From the NCBI GenBank assembly GCA_044353615.1, contig JBILBQ010000001.1, positions 19,201-83,200 of the forward strand: a DNA stretch of 64,000 nt, given 5' to 3'. Shown piece by piece: positions 47,941 to 57,125 of this stretch. Source of the DNA: Algoriphagus sp. (GTDB lineage Bacteria; Bacteroidota; Bacteroidia; Cytophagales; Cyclobacteriaceae). Each line of letters opens with the position of its first letter. The stretch's first letter is position 1. Position numbers and translations under genes: made by a program. The notes beneath the pieces are model-generated. The model ran no database searches, was not told the origin of the DNA, and saw nothing but the letters and a program-made list of their open reading frames with translations.

Positions 47941-48798
47941 ATGAACCTAGTACTTACAGGCAGTACCTCCGGTATCGGATGGGAAACCCTTCTCGCCCTG
48001 CTCCCCCACTTCGACCGCGTATTTCTTCCCGTACGGAATCAACCCAAAGCAGAGAAACTCATTCAGTCCCTGCAGGGAAAAGAAAAAATTGTTTTGATCC
48101 CCATGGACCTAAGTCTGATGGCGGAAGTAAAAAAAGGGGCGGCATTCCTACTAAGCCAAACAGACGAGATCCACGTCCTAATCAACAACGCCGGTGGCAT
48201 GTACCCTGGAGGCAAGCGCAGTGAAGAGGGAATTGACCTGAGCTTCGCAACCAACCACCTGGGACACTTCCTACTGGTTCAAGAGCTCCTGCCCGCTTTG
48301 CTCAAAGGAAAAGCAAGAGTTATCCAAGTAAGCTCCGAGGCACACCGCATTGCCCAAAACCCAAGCAAAGATTTTTCACTGAAAAAATCAAGCAATACTG
48401 TTTCTGCTTATGCCATAGTTAAATTATACAATATTCTATTTACTAAAGAACTAGTAAATAACTATTCAAGTGAAGGATTAACTTCCTATGCCCTACATCC
48501 TGGAGCAGTACGCACGGCATTTGGCTCGGAGGCTTCGGCTTGGGCCAAGGGTTTGATTGCCTTTACCAAGCTATTTTTTATCTCCCCGAAAGCCGGGGCT
48601 GCCACCTCTATCTTCTTGGCTACCGCACCAAAGGAAAGTCTTAAAAATGGGGGCTACTACAAAAACAAAAAGTTAAGTATCCCTTCTACCCTTGCGCTAG
48701 ATGGCCAACTTGGAAAAGCGCTCTGGGATTTCAGTATGAAAGAAATAGGTAGAGTCTTGGGCAATGCAAATCCCGATAAGAAAGAAGAAAACGACTAA
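47941..48798 (+). CDS. Short-chain dehydrogenase/reductase (retinol-DH/WWOX-like)
   Basis: TGSTSGIG, LINNAG, NHLGHF, YxxxK and LHPG motifs. Confidence 0.9.
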   Translation: MNLVLTGSTSGIGWETLLALLPHFDRVFLPVRNQPKAEKLIQSLQGKEKIVLIPMDLSLMAEVKKGAAFLLSQTDEIHVLINNAGGMYPGGKRSEEGIDLSFATNHLGHFLLVQELLPALLKGKARVIQVSSEAHRIAQNPSKDFSLKKSSNTVSAYAIVKLYNILFTKELVNNYSSEGLTSYALHPGAVRTAFGSEASAWAKGLIAFTKLFFISPKAGAATSIFLATAPKESLKNGGYYKNKKLSIPSTLALDGQLGKALWDFSMKEIGRVLGNANPDKKEEND

Positions 48799-48817
48799 AT
48801 TCTGTAGTTTTGCAGCA

Positions 48818-49714
48818 ATGAAAGACTTGATCCTCTCCCTTTGCCCAGGCCCTTGGACTGACTACGAACTGATCGACACGGGTGGCTTCGAAAAATTGGA
48901 ACGTTTTGGCAAATTTATACTCAGCAGACCTGAGCCACAGGCGATTTGGGACAAGTCTCTCCCCGATTCGGATTGGAAGAAGCTGGCTCATGCCCACTTT
49001 GCCAAAGAAAAAAACAACCCAGAAAAAGGGCAATGGCAGCAGCTTAAGGCTATGCCGGATCACTGGCAACTCCACTACGAAAATGCGGAAGGGCTAAAAA
49101 TGACCCTCAATCTATCCCAAACCTCCTTCAAACACATAGGCGTATTTCCTGAGCAGGCTGTCAATTGGGATTACCTATACCGCAAGCTGAAGGCATTTCC
49201 TCAGCCCAAACCCAAAGTCCTCAACCTCTTTGGCTACACCGGAGCATCAAGTGTGGCGGCAAGAGCTGCCGGTGCAGAGGTATCGCACCTCGATTCGGTG
49301 AAGCAGGTGGTCACCTGGACCAAGCACAACATGGAGTCCTCTGGCCTAGATGGCATCCGCTGGATCGTGGACGACGCCATGAAATTCATCAAACGCGAAG
49401 CACGTAGAGGAAATGTGTACCAGGCCATCATTTTGGATCCTCCTGCCTACGGAAGAGGTCCTGAAGGGGAAAAATGGATCCTTGAAGAGCAAATTAATGA
49501 GTTCCTCAAGACCTGTAAGGAAATTCTGGACCCCAAAGACCACCTCCTCCTGCTCAACATGTATTCCTTGAGCTTTTCCTCACTTATCGCTTCCAACTTG
49601 ATCCAATCCAATTTTGGAGACGTGAAGCATGCCGAACAAGGGGAACTTTACCTGCAAGAAACGCAAGGAAAGAAACTTCCTCTCGGAATTTTCTTTCGGT
49701 TTTCAAGTTTCTGA
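48818..49714 (+). CDS. Class I SAM-dependent methyltransferase (RlmI/K-like)
   Basis: KHIGVFPEQ, LNLFGYTG and ILDPPAYG motifs. Confidence 0.85.
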   Translation: MKDLILSLCPGPWTDYELIDTGGFEKLERFGKFILSRPEPQAIWDKSLPDSDWKKLAHAHFAKEKNNPEKGQWQQLKAMPDHWQLHYENAEGLKMTLNLSQTSFKHIGVFPEQAVNWDYLYRKLKAFPQPKPKVLNLFGYTGASSVAARAAGAEVSHLDSVKQVVTWTKHNMESSGLDGIRWIVDDAMKFIKREARRGNVYQAIILDPPAYGRGPEGEKWILEEQINEFLKTCKEILDPKDHLLLLNMYSLSFSSLIASNLIQSNFGDVKHAEQGELYLQETQGKKLPLGIFFRFSSF

Positions 49715-49727
49715 CCTTGATTCAAAA

Positions 49728-50909
49728 ATGAATAACCGCAACCTATTTTTAGCTCATTTGGCGCAAACTACGGATTTCCCCCTCGCAATCGAGGTGTTCA
49801 AAGCGGAAGGAGTTTACCTTTACGGTCCTAATGGAGAGCGCTACCTAGACCTCATCTCGGGAATAGGTGTCAGCAACGTAGGCCACCGCCACCCCAAAGT
49901 GACCGCAGCAATTCACCAGCAAGTAGATGCCTACCTCCACGTCATGGTTTATGGGGAATACATCCAATCCCCCCAGACGCTATTGGCAAAAGCCTTGGTG
50001 GACACCCTACCTCCTGCTCTAGATAATGTCTATTTAGTCAATAGCGGTTCGGAAGCCATCGAAGGCGCCATGAAGTTGGCCAAGCGCTACACCAACCGGC
50101 ACAATATAGTCTCTTGTACCAATGCCTACCATGGCAGCACACAGGGTGCGCTCAGCATCGGCGGCAACGAAGAATTCAAGCGCGGCTACCGCCCCCTACT
50201 CCCAGGCACTTCACAGATTTTTTACGGGAGCTTTTCGGATTTGGAGAAAATCACCGAAGCCACTGCAGCGGTGGTTATCGAGACGATCCAAGGCGAAGCA
50301 GGCATTCGCGTGACCTGTACCAATTATTTTCAAGCACTACGAGCACGATGTACCCAAACGGGCACTTTGTTGATTCTGGATGAAATTCAAGCAGGATTTG
50401 GGAGAACAGGCACGTTCTGGGCATTTGAACAGTTTGACATCGTTCCAGATATTCTCGTCTGCGCCAAAGGAATGGGTGGCGGCATGCCGATTGGCGCTTT
50501 CATTGCCAACAAAGACCTCATGGGAGTTTTTAAAAACAATCCTCTCCTCGGTCACATCACCACCTTTGGAGGACATCCTGTATCTGCAGCTGCCTCACTA
50601 GCCACCTTGAAGGTACTTCAAGAAGAAAACCTGATCGAACAGGTGCCTGCAAAAGCCAAACTCTTCAAGTCCCTCCTCAACCATCCGCAAATCAAAGCCA
50701 TCCGAAACCAAGGGTTGATGATGGCTCTAGAATTTGAATCCTTTGACGTACTCAAACCCATCATCGACCGAGCTATAAATTTGGGTGTAATCACGGATTG
50801 GTTTCTATTCTGTGACGACAGCATGCGCATCGCGCCTCCACTGACCATTACCACTGATCAAATTAAGGAAGCCTGCGCATTGATCCTCCAAGCCATTGAT
50901 GGAGATTGA
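49728..50909 (+). CDS. Class-III PLP aminotransferase (ArgD-like)
   Basis: NSGSEA, YHG, ILDEIQAGFGRTG, AKGMGGG and TFGGHP motifs. Confidence 0.9.
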   Translation: MNNRNLFLAHLAQTTDFPLAIEVFKAEGVYLYGPNGERYLDLISGIGVSNVGHRHPKVTAAIHQQVDAYLHVMVYGEYIQSPQTLLAKALVDTLPPALDNVYLVNSGSEAIEGAMKLAKRYTNRHNIVSCTNAYHGSTQGALSIGGNEEFKRGYRPLLPGTSQIFYGSFSDLEKITEATAAVVIETIQGEAGIRVTCTNYFQALRARCTQTGTLLILDEIQAGFGRTGTFWAFEQFDIVPDILVCAKGMGGGMPIGAFIANKDLMGVFKNNPLLGHITTFGGHPVSAAASLATLKVLQEENLIEQVPAKAKLFKSLLNHPQIKAIRNQGLMMALEFESFDVLKPIIDRAINLGVITDWFLFCDDSMRIAPPLTITTDQIKEACALILQAIDGD

Positions 50910-50989
50910 CCCAACCAACCAAAAAATAGACCATCCACCTTTCCATTTTTTATCCTAATTTCCACCCTTTCCAAGACGAATTTCAACTT

Positions 50990-53386
50990 ATGAAAACTAC
51001 GCTACGCATTTTCGGCATCTTCCTATTTGTAGTTCTGGCAGCCCTTCTCGGTTTTATTTTCTGGAATAGTCCCCAATACGATGGAGAAGTGCAACTGACC
51101 GGGTTGACTGAAGAAGTGGACATACACTTCGACGACTATGGAGTGCCCCACATCTATGCACAAAATGAGGCAGATGCCTACCATGCTTTGGGCTACATCC
51201 ATGCGCAGGAGCGCTTATTTCAGTTGGAAATGATGCGCCGCGTCGGATCAGGCACCCTTGCGGAACTTCTAGGTCCAGATGTAGTGGAGATCGATCAATT
51301 TTTCCATACGCTAGGCATTCCCAAGCATGCCAAAGAAAGTACCAAGGCCCTAGTCGCCCAAGGCAATAGCCCTTGGAAAAGTGCTACCGAAGCCTACATC
51401 GCAGGGGTCAACCAGTTTATCGAGCAAGGCAAACTCCCAGTGGAATACCTGCTTTTGGGAAGCAAACCACGTCCTTATACCCTAGACGACATGCATTCTA
51501 TACTGGGCTATATGTCCTTTACATTTGGCATGGCCTTAAAGACCGACCCCTTGGTCACCAAGATTGCACGAAGCTGGGGACCCAGCCACCTAGCCTCACT
51601 TGCAGTACAAACCCTCCCTTCCCACCATGTCATTCCAGTCAATTATCCAGACTCTCTAATCGCTAACGGGAGCATTGTAAATTCGAAGCTCAGCGCGCTA
51701 TTGGATAAACTACCAACGCCAATGCTAGAAGGTTCCAATGCCTGGGTAATCTCCGGGACCCGCACCAAGTCAGGCAAGGTCCTTTTTGCCAACGATACGC
51801 ACATCGGTTTTTCCTCTCCCTCTGTTTGGTTTGAAGCCCATATCGAGTACCCTGGCTATAGCTTTTATGGCAATCACCTCGCAGGTATTCCCTTTGGCCT
51901 AGTGGGCCATAGTCGCCACCACAGCGTGGGTTTGACCATGTTTGAAAACGATGACCAGGACTTTTTTGAAGAAAAACTGAATCCTGCCAATCCAAATGAA
52001 ATCCTGGTTGGTGACTCCATTTACCCCATCACCACGCGAACCGAAGTAATTCAGATTAAAGGGAAACCTTCCCTGGGACATGTGGTTCAGGAAACGGTTC
52101 ATGGGCCAATACTAAATCCCGTGGTCAAGGAAATTGCTGCGCTTACCTCCAATCCAGTGTCTTCCTGGTGGGTGTACCTCATGGAGCCAACCCGCGCCCT
52201 TGAGGCCGTTTACCAGATCAATCACGCCTCCAACATGCAGGATGTAGCCAATGCAGCATCCCTCATCCATGCCCCTGGACTCAACATCATGTACGGGGAT
52301 AGTCTAGGAAACATTGCCTGGTGGGCAGCAGCAAAGCTTCCCATCCGCGGAGCAGCTGTGCATGCAACCATTTTTGCAGATGGATCCGATCCTGCGGCAC
52401 AACCTCAAGGTTGGTATCCATTTACCGAAAACCCACAAAGCATCAATCCTGAATCTGGATTTGTGGCCTCAGCCAACAATCAGCCGGACTCCACCCAATC
52501 CGGAATCTTCTTCCCAGGATACTACTACCCTGGGGAGCGCTGGAACCGCATCGCCAAGACCATCACCGCCAAAAAGGACTGGGACCAAGAATCCATGCAA
52601 GACCTGCAGCTGGAAACCGTCAACGCGCACTCAGGGGAAACTGCAGCCTACCTACTTTCCCAAGTGGACCAAGGCAAGTATGAAAAATACCAGGACATCT
52701 TGGCTGACTTTGGGAACTGGGAAGGAACTCACAAGCTAAATCAAACATCACCTACCCTCTACTACAAATGGCTTTACCATACCTTGCGCTTGGCCATGGA
52801 GGATGAGCTCGGGAAAGAAGGCTTTGAAACCTACCTACAAACCTTCATCATGATCGGTAGCACCGCTCATTTTCTTGAACAAGAAGAAAACAAGTGGTGG
52901 GATAAGAAAAACACCCCTACCAAAGAGACGAAGGCGCAGGTGATTGCAGAAGCCTTGACACTGAGTTTGGATGAGCTTAGCAAGCAGCTGGGAGACGATA
53001 CCGATGATTGGGAATGGGAAAAATCAATTACCATAGAACATCCCCACCCTTTAGGTGCTCAAAAGCCCTTAGATAAACTCTTCAACGTACGCACTGCCGC
53101 TGTGGAAGCCAACGAGGAAGCTGTGAATAAATTGGCCTTTGATCTCAACGGAACGGGCAACTACAAAGTAACTTCAGGCCCTGCGATGCGTATCCTATTG
53201 GATTTTGAAAACGTAGAGAAATCCGTCTCTGTTTTGCCTACCGGCAACTCTGGGAATCGCTTCAGCAAGCACTATGCTGATCAAAAAGAACTATTTGTGG
53301 AAGGAAAGTACCGCCCTCAGCTGATGAATAAGGAAGATATTCTGAATGACGCGAAGGGAACGCTAAAGTTGATACCTAGGGATTAG
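50990..53386 (+). CDS. Penicillin acylase family (S45) Ntn-hydrolase
   Basis: DDYGVPHI, HAQERLFQ, G-SNAW catalytic Ser, ANDTH and SANN motifs. Confidence 0.9.
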   Translation: MKTTLRIFGIFLFVVLAALLGFIFWNSPQYDGEVQLTGLTEEVDIHFDDYGVPHIYAQNEADAYHALGYIHAQERLFQLEMMRRVGSGTLAELLGPDVVEIDQFFHTLGIPKHAKESTKALVAQGNSPWKSATEAYIAGVNQFIEQGKLPVEYLLLGSKPRPYTLDDMHSILGYMSFTFGMALKTDPLVTKIARSWGPSHLASLAVQTLPSHHVIPVNYPDSLIANGSIVNSKLSALLDKLPTPMLEGSNAWVISGTRTKSGKVLFANDTHIGFSSPSVWFEAHIEYPGYSFYGNHLAGIPFGLVGHSRHHSVGLTMFENDDQDFFEEKLNPANPNEILVGDSIYPITTRTEVIQIKGKPSLGHVVQETVHGPILNPVVKEIAALTSNPVSSWWVYLMEPTRALEAVYQINHASNMQDVANAASLIHAPGLNIMYGDSLGNIAWWAAAKLPIRGAAVHATIFADGSDPAAQPQGWYPFTENPQSINPESGFVASANNQPDSTQSGIFFPGYYYPGERWNRIAKTITAKKDWDQESMQDLQLETVNAHSGETAAYLLSQVDQGKYEKYQDILADFGNWEGTHKLNQTSPTLYYKWLYHTLRLAMEDELGKEGFETYLQTFIMIGSTAHFLEQEENKWWDKKNTPTKETKAQVIAEALTLSLDELSKQLGDDTDDWEWEKSITIEHPHPLGAQKPLDKLFNVRTAAVEANEEAVNKLAFDLNGTGNYKVTSGPAMRILLDFENVEKSVSVLPTGNSGNRFSKHYADQKELFVEGKYRPQLMNKEDILNDAKGTLKLIPRD

Positions 53387-53558
53387 AAGCAAGAAACAAG
53401 AGCCAAGAAATTAGACTTAAAATCCTAGTAATTGGTAATTTCTGCTTTAAAAGACACAAATTGTGATATTTCCTGTCTCTAATCTCTGGAATCTAGGCTC
53501 TTGCCTCTTGTTTCTTGCCTCTCGCCTCTCGCCTCTTGCTTCTTGGCTCTTGCTTCTA
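53384..53558. repeat. Heptamer-array inverted-repeat element 1 (AGA/TCT-core heptamers)
   Basis: Termini TAGAAGCAAGA...TCTTGCTTCTA. 53385-53435 matches 54089-54139 at 49/51 nt. Confidence 0.85.
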
Positions 53559-53569
53559 ACTAATTCCCT

Positions 53570-54058
53570 ATGTCCCAACACGAACTTAACCAATCCCTCT
53601 GGAGCCAGTTTGGTGCTGCATTGGAGATGCTTGCAGAAAGTATTCAGACCTGCCCAATGGATGTTTGGCAGACTAACCAAGTATTTTCCTTTCAGACTTA
53701 CCATACCCTATTTTTTCTGGACTACTACCTAAGTACAAATCCGGTTGGTTTTGCTCCTCCCTCCGAATTTTCATATTCCGAGTTTGACGAAGAACCTATA
53801 ATCGCCATTTTTCCACAAGAAATGCTGCTTACCTACTTGGAGGCCTGCAGCCAAAAGGCCCAAATGCTAATTTTAGGTTTGGATGAGCAGCTCGCCTCCC
53901 AGCGCTGGATCAATGAATCCAAAACCATGGATTACTCCCTTTTCGAAATCCTTCTCTACAACCTGCGGCACGTGCAGCACCATGTAGGGCAATTCAACCT
54001 CCTGCTCAGGCAACACATCGACCATGCCCCCGAATGGATCGAAAAAGCAAGCAGGTAA
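53570..54058 (+). CDS. DinB/YfiT-like family protein
   Basis: QFGAALEML, YHTLFFLDYYL and YNLRHVQHH metal-binding His motifs. Confidence 0.85.
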   Translation: MSQHELNQSLWSQFGAALEMLAESIQTCPMDVWQTNQVFSFQTYHTLFFLDYYLSTNPVGFAPPSEFSYSEFDEEPIIAIFPQEMLLTYLEACSQKAQMLILGLDEQLASQRWINESKTMDYSLFEILLYNLRHVQHHVGQFNLLLRQHIDHAPEWIEKASR

Positions 54059-54088
54059 ACAATTGGTTGGGAGAAGAGTTTTTTACAA

Positions 54089-54240
54089 AGAAGCAAGAAA
54101 CAAGAACCAAGAAATTAGACTTAATATCCTAGTAATTGGGAGTTGATTGTCTTAATTAGGCAATGTTTATCTTGGCTCTTGCATCTCGTCTCTCACTTGT
54201 ATCTCGCTTCTTGTATCTCGGCTCTTGCTTCTTGTCTCTT
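54089..54240. repeat. Heptamer-array inverted-repeat element 2
   Basis: AGAAGCAAGAAACAAGAACCAAGA...TCTTGGCTCTTGCATCTCGTCTC...TCTTGCTTCTTGTCTC. Confidence 0.85.
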
Positions 54241-54255
54241 TTTTCTCCAATACCC

Positions 54256-54660
54256 ATGTCCAAAAAATCCTACTCTATCCAAAAAACCGAAGAAGAATGG
54301 CAGGAACAACTAGATCCCTTGTCCTACCAAGTCTTGCGGCAAAAAGGAACTGAAAGGCCCTTCACCGGTGCCCACACACTAAACAAAGAAACGGGTGTGT
54401 ATTCCTGCAAAGGCTGTGGAAGCCCAATTTTTCACTCGGACTTCAAATACGACAGCGGCTGTGGATGGCCGAGTTTTACCCATCCCATCCGTCCAGAGGC
54501 CATTGACGTACACATGGACTACAGCCACTTGATGATCCGAGAAGAGATTCTTTGTGCTTCCTGTGGAGGTCACCTGGGCCACCGCTTCCCCGATGGACCA
54601 TCGGACAAAGGCGGCATCCGGTACTGCATCAATTCGGTGAGTATGGAGTTTGAAATGTAG
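54256..54660 (+). CDS. msrB: Peptide-methionine (R)-S-oxide reductase
   Basis: GTERPF, SGCGWPSF, HLGHRF.DGP and RYCINS motifs; ATG 54256. Confidence 0.95.
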   Translation: MSKKSYSIQKTEEEWQEQLDPLSYQVLRQKGTERPFTGAHTLNKETGVYSCKGCGSPIFHSDFKYDSGCGWPSFTHPIRPEAIDVHMDYSHLMIREEILCASCGGHLGHRFPDGPSDKGGIRYCINSVSMEFEM

Positions 54661-54730
54661 AAGCAAGATGCGAGAATCAAGAAACGAGACTTAATCCTCT
54701 TGCTTCTTGTCTCTTGGCTCTCGCTTCTTG
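54658..54730. repeat. Heptamer-array inverted-repeat element 3 (short)
   Basis: TAGAAGCAAGATGCGAGAATCAAGAAACGAGACTTAATCCTCTTGCTTCTTGTCTCTTGGCTCTCGCTTCTTG. Confidence 0.8.
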
Positions 54731-54749
54731 GATTTTCCCGTACAACCCC

Positions 54750-54757
54750 TATATTTG
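54750..54757 (+). promoter_or_regulatory. -7 element (TATATTTG) of the his operon
   Basis: TAnnTTTG match 7 nt before the leader ATG. Confidence 0.65.
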
Positions 54758-54764
54758 CATTGAA

Positions 54765-54848
54765 ATGAAATCAAACGCAGCAACTTTTACTTTTTCTCTG
54801 CCAGCACAGGTGCACCACCTGTTGCATCGTTTCCATCATTCCTCTTGA
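54765..54848 (+). CDS. his operon leader peptide (MKSNAATFTFSLPAQVHHLLHRFHHSS)
   Basis: 27-codon ORF with 5 His in the last 11 codons, between the promoter and hisG. Confidence 0.75.
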   Translation: MKSNAATFTFSLPAQVHHLLHRFHHSS

Positions 54849-54948
54849 GAGGAAGATAATTACACCCACCCCGGTGCGGCAGATGATAGGGATTCGGCCA
54901 GTCACCACTCCTTCATTCAATTAGTTTCGAATTCATTCAAATCTCCTT

Positions 54949-55809
54949 ATGGAACAGATTGTTCGCATTGCCGTTCAAAAAAGTGGTCGCCTTTCCGATG
55001 ATTCATTAAGCCTCATCAAAGAGTGTGGCATCAAATTTTACAATGGAACGGGGAAACTCAAGTCCACTTCCACCAATTTCCCTGTTGAATTCCTTTTTCT
55101 CCGTGACGACGACATCCCAGGCTATGTAGCCGACGGAGTGGCTGACTTAGGTATCGTGGGCCAAAATGAAGTCGCAGAAAAAGACAAAGAAGTAGTGCTA
55201 CTCAAGAAATTGGGCTTCTCCAAATGCAGACTCGCACTCGCCATCCCAAAAGGTACTCCCTACGAAGGCCTCGGGTATTTTGAGGGAAAAAGCATCGCTA
55301 CTTCCTACCCAAAAATCCTGAAGAACTTCCTCGACACCCAACAGATCAAGGCGGATATTCACGAAATCAGTGGCTCTGTGGAGATCGCCCCTAGCATTGG
55401 CTTGGCTGAGGGCATCTGTGACATCGTCAGCTCTGGCTCCACACTAATGATGAACGGATTGAAGGAAGTCGAGGGAATTTTCAACTCCGAAGCGGTACTT
55501 ATTGCACACCCCCAGTTGAGCGACTGGAAAAAAAGCATAGTAGACAAGCTTCTTTTCCGCATCAATGCCGTACAAACGGGCAAAAGCAACAAGTACGTGC
55601 TTATGAATGTTCCCAATGCTGCACTGCCCAAGATCATCTCCCTGATTCCAGGCATGCGCAGCCCTACCATTTTGCCACTAGCAGAAGAGGGTTGGTCCTC
55701 AGTACATTCGGTACTGAACGAAGATCAGTTTTGGGAAAACATGGACGAACTCCGCGCCGCTGGTGCAGAGGGAATCCTTGTAGTACCTATTGAAAAAATG
55801 GTGATTTAA
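54949..55809 (+). CDS. hisG: ATP phosphoribosyltransferase (long form)
   Basis: IAVQKSGRL, RDDDIP, GSVEIAP and DIVSSGSTL motifs. Confidence 0.97.
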   Translation: MEQIVRIAVQKSGRLSDDSLSLIKECGIKFYNGTGKLKSTSTNFPVEFLFLRDDDIPGYVADGVADLGIVGQNEVAEKDKEVVLLKKLGFSKCRLALAIPKGTPYEGLGYFEGKSIATSYPKILKNFLDTQQIKADIHEISGSVEIAPSIGLAEGICDIVSSGSTLMMNGLKEVEGIFNSEAVLIAHPQLSDWKKSIVDKLLFRINAVQTGKSNKYVLMNVPNAALPKIISLIPGMRSPTILPLAEEGWSSVHSVLNEDQFWENMDELRAAGAEGILVVPIEKMVI

Positions 55810-55829
55810 CCAAAAGCTAGACTTTACCT

Positions 55830-57125
55830 ATGAAACTGCTCGTCAACCCCAGCCCCGAAAAATGGCAAAAGCACCTGGCTCGTCCAGCTATGCAAACGCA
55901 AAAAATAAATCAAATCGTCAAGCCGATCTTCGAGAAAGTAAAGAAAAGTGGAGACAAGGCCTTGAAAAAATTTGCAAAGGAATTTGATCAGGTTCGCTTG
56001 GATAGCCTTCTAGTGAGCGCTGAGGAAATTCAGGCTGCAATCCTTTTAGTGCCCGATGACTTGAAGAAAGCCATTGCCCTCGCCAAGGCTAACATTGAAA
56101 AATTTCACGCCGCTCAGGCAAGTCCAGAGCTAATCGTCGAGGTGATGCCTGGAGTCACCTGCAGCAGAAAAAGCGTACCTATCCAACGCGTAGGGTTGTA
56201 CATTCCTGGAGGAACTGCCCCCCTATTCAGTACCGTGCTGATGCTCGGTGTACCTGCCCAACTCGCGGGATGCAAGGAAATTGTACTCTGCACCCCTACA
56301 AACCGGGAAGGAGCCATTCACCCAGCCATTCTCTACACTGCCCAGTTGATCGGAATTACCAAAATAATCAAAGTAGGAGGTGCACAAGCCATCGCAGCGC
56401 TCACCTTTGGAACGGAGTCTGTCCCTCAGGTAGATAAGATATTTGGTCCTGGCAACCAGTACGTGACCGCAGCCAAGCAAATGGCGACCAAGTTCGGTCT
56501 AGCCATCGACATGCCTGCTGGCCCTTCGGAAGTGCTGGTTTATGCAGATGAAACAGCCATCCCGGCCTTCGTAGCTGCCGATCTTCTCTCTCAAGCAGAG
56601 CATGGGATCGACTCCCAAGTGGTGCTGGTAAGCCCTTCGGAGGATTTTGCCAAAAAAGTATTAGCCGAAATCACCCTTCAACTGGAAAGTCTTCCCCGCA
56701 AGGATATCGCTTCAAAAGCCCTAGCCAACTCCTGCGCAGTCATTCTGGAAGATCAGGCCACAACCATTGCGCTGATCAACGATTATGCTCCGGAGCACCT
56801 GATCCTTGCTGTAGCCAAAGAGGAAGAGGTTCTAAGCCAGATCTACAATGCGGGTTCGGTCTTTATTGGCAACTTCACCCCAGAAGCCGCAGGCGACTAT
56901 GCCTCTGGCACCAATCATACGCTCCCCACCTACGGCTATGCCCGCAATTACAGTGGCGTGTCCCTTGATAGCTTTGTGAAAAAGATAACCTACCAAAAGA
57001 TCACGCCCAAAGGGCTCCAAGCCCTAGGCCCTGCGGTAGAAATTATGGCTGAAAACGAGCAGTTGCAGGCCCACAAAAATGCAATCACCCTCCGCCTCAA
57101 CTCCCTCAAAACCAAGAAAAAATGA
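55830..57125 (+). CDS. hisD: Histidinol dehydrogenase
   Basis: GGAQAI, GPGNQYV, DMPAGPSE, SQAEH and GDYASGTNH motifs. Confidence 0.97.
   Translation: MKLLVNPSPEKWQKHLARPAMQTQKINQIVKPIFEKVKKSGDKALKKFAKEFDQVRLDSLLVSAEEIQAAILLVPDDLKKAIALAKANIEKFHAAQASPELIVEVMPGVTCSRKSVPIQRVGLYIPGGTAPLFSTVLMLGVPAQLAGCKEIVLCTPTNREGAIHPAILYTAQLIGITKIIKVGGAQAIAALTFGTESVPQVDKIFGPGNQYVTAAKQMATKFGLAIDMPAGPSEVLVYADETAIPAFVAADLLSQAEHGIDSQVVLVSPSEDFAKKVLAEITLQLESLPRKDIASKALANSCAVILEDQATTIALINDYAPEHLILAVAKEEEVLSQIYNAGSVFIGNFTPEAAGDYASGTNHTLPTYGYARNYSGVSLDSFVKKITYQKITPKGLQALGPAVEIMAENEQLQAHKNAITLRLNSLKTKKK

Noticed and set aside
47941-48798. SDR as a retinal-recycling enzyme for the rhodopsin
   Set aside because: The family is common, and the gene is separated from the cluster by an unrelated operon. 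Proximity alone is insufficient.
53447-54255. ORFs 53447-53704 and 53463-53732, and the hydrophobic N-terminal extension of MsrB (54163-54255)
   Set aside because: Read through heptamer repeats. ATG 54256 gives a normal MsrB, so this is not a signal peptide.
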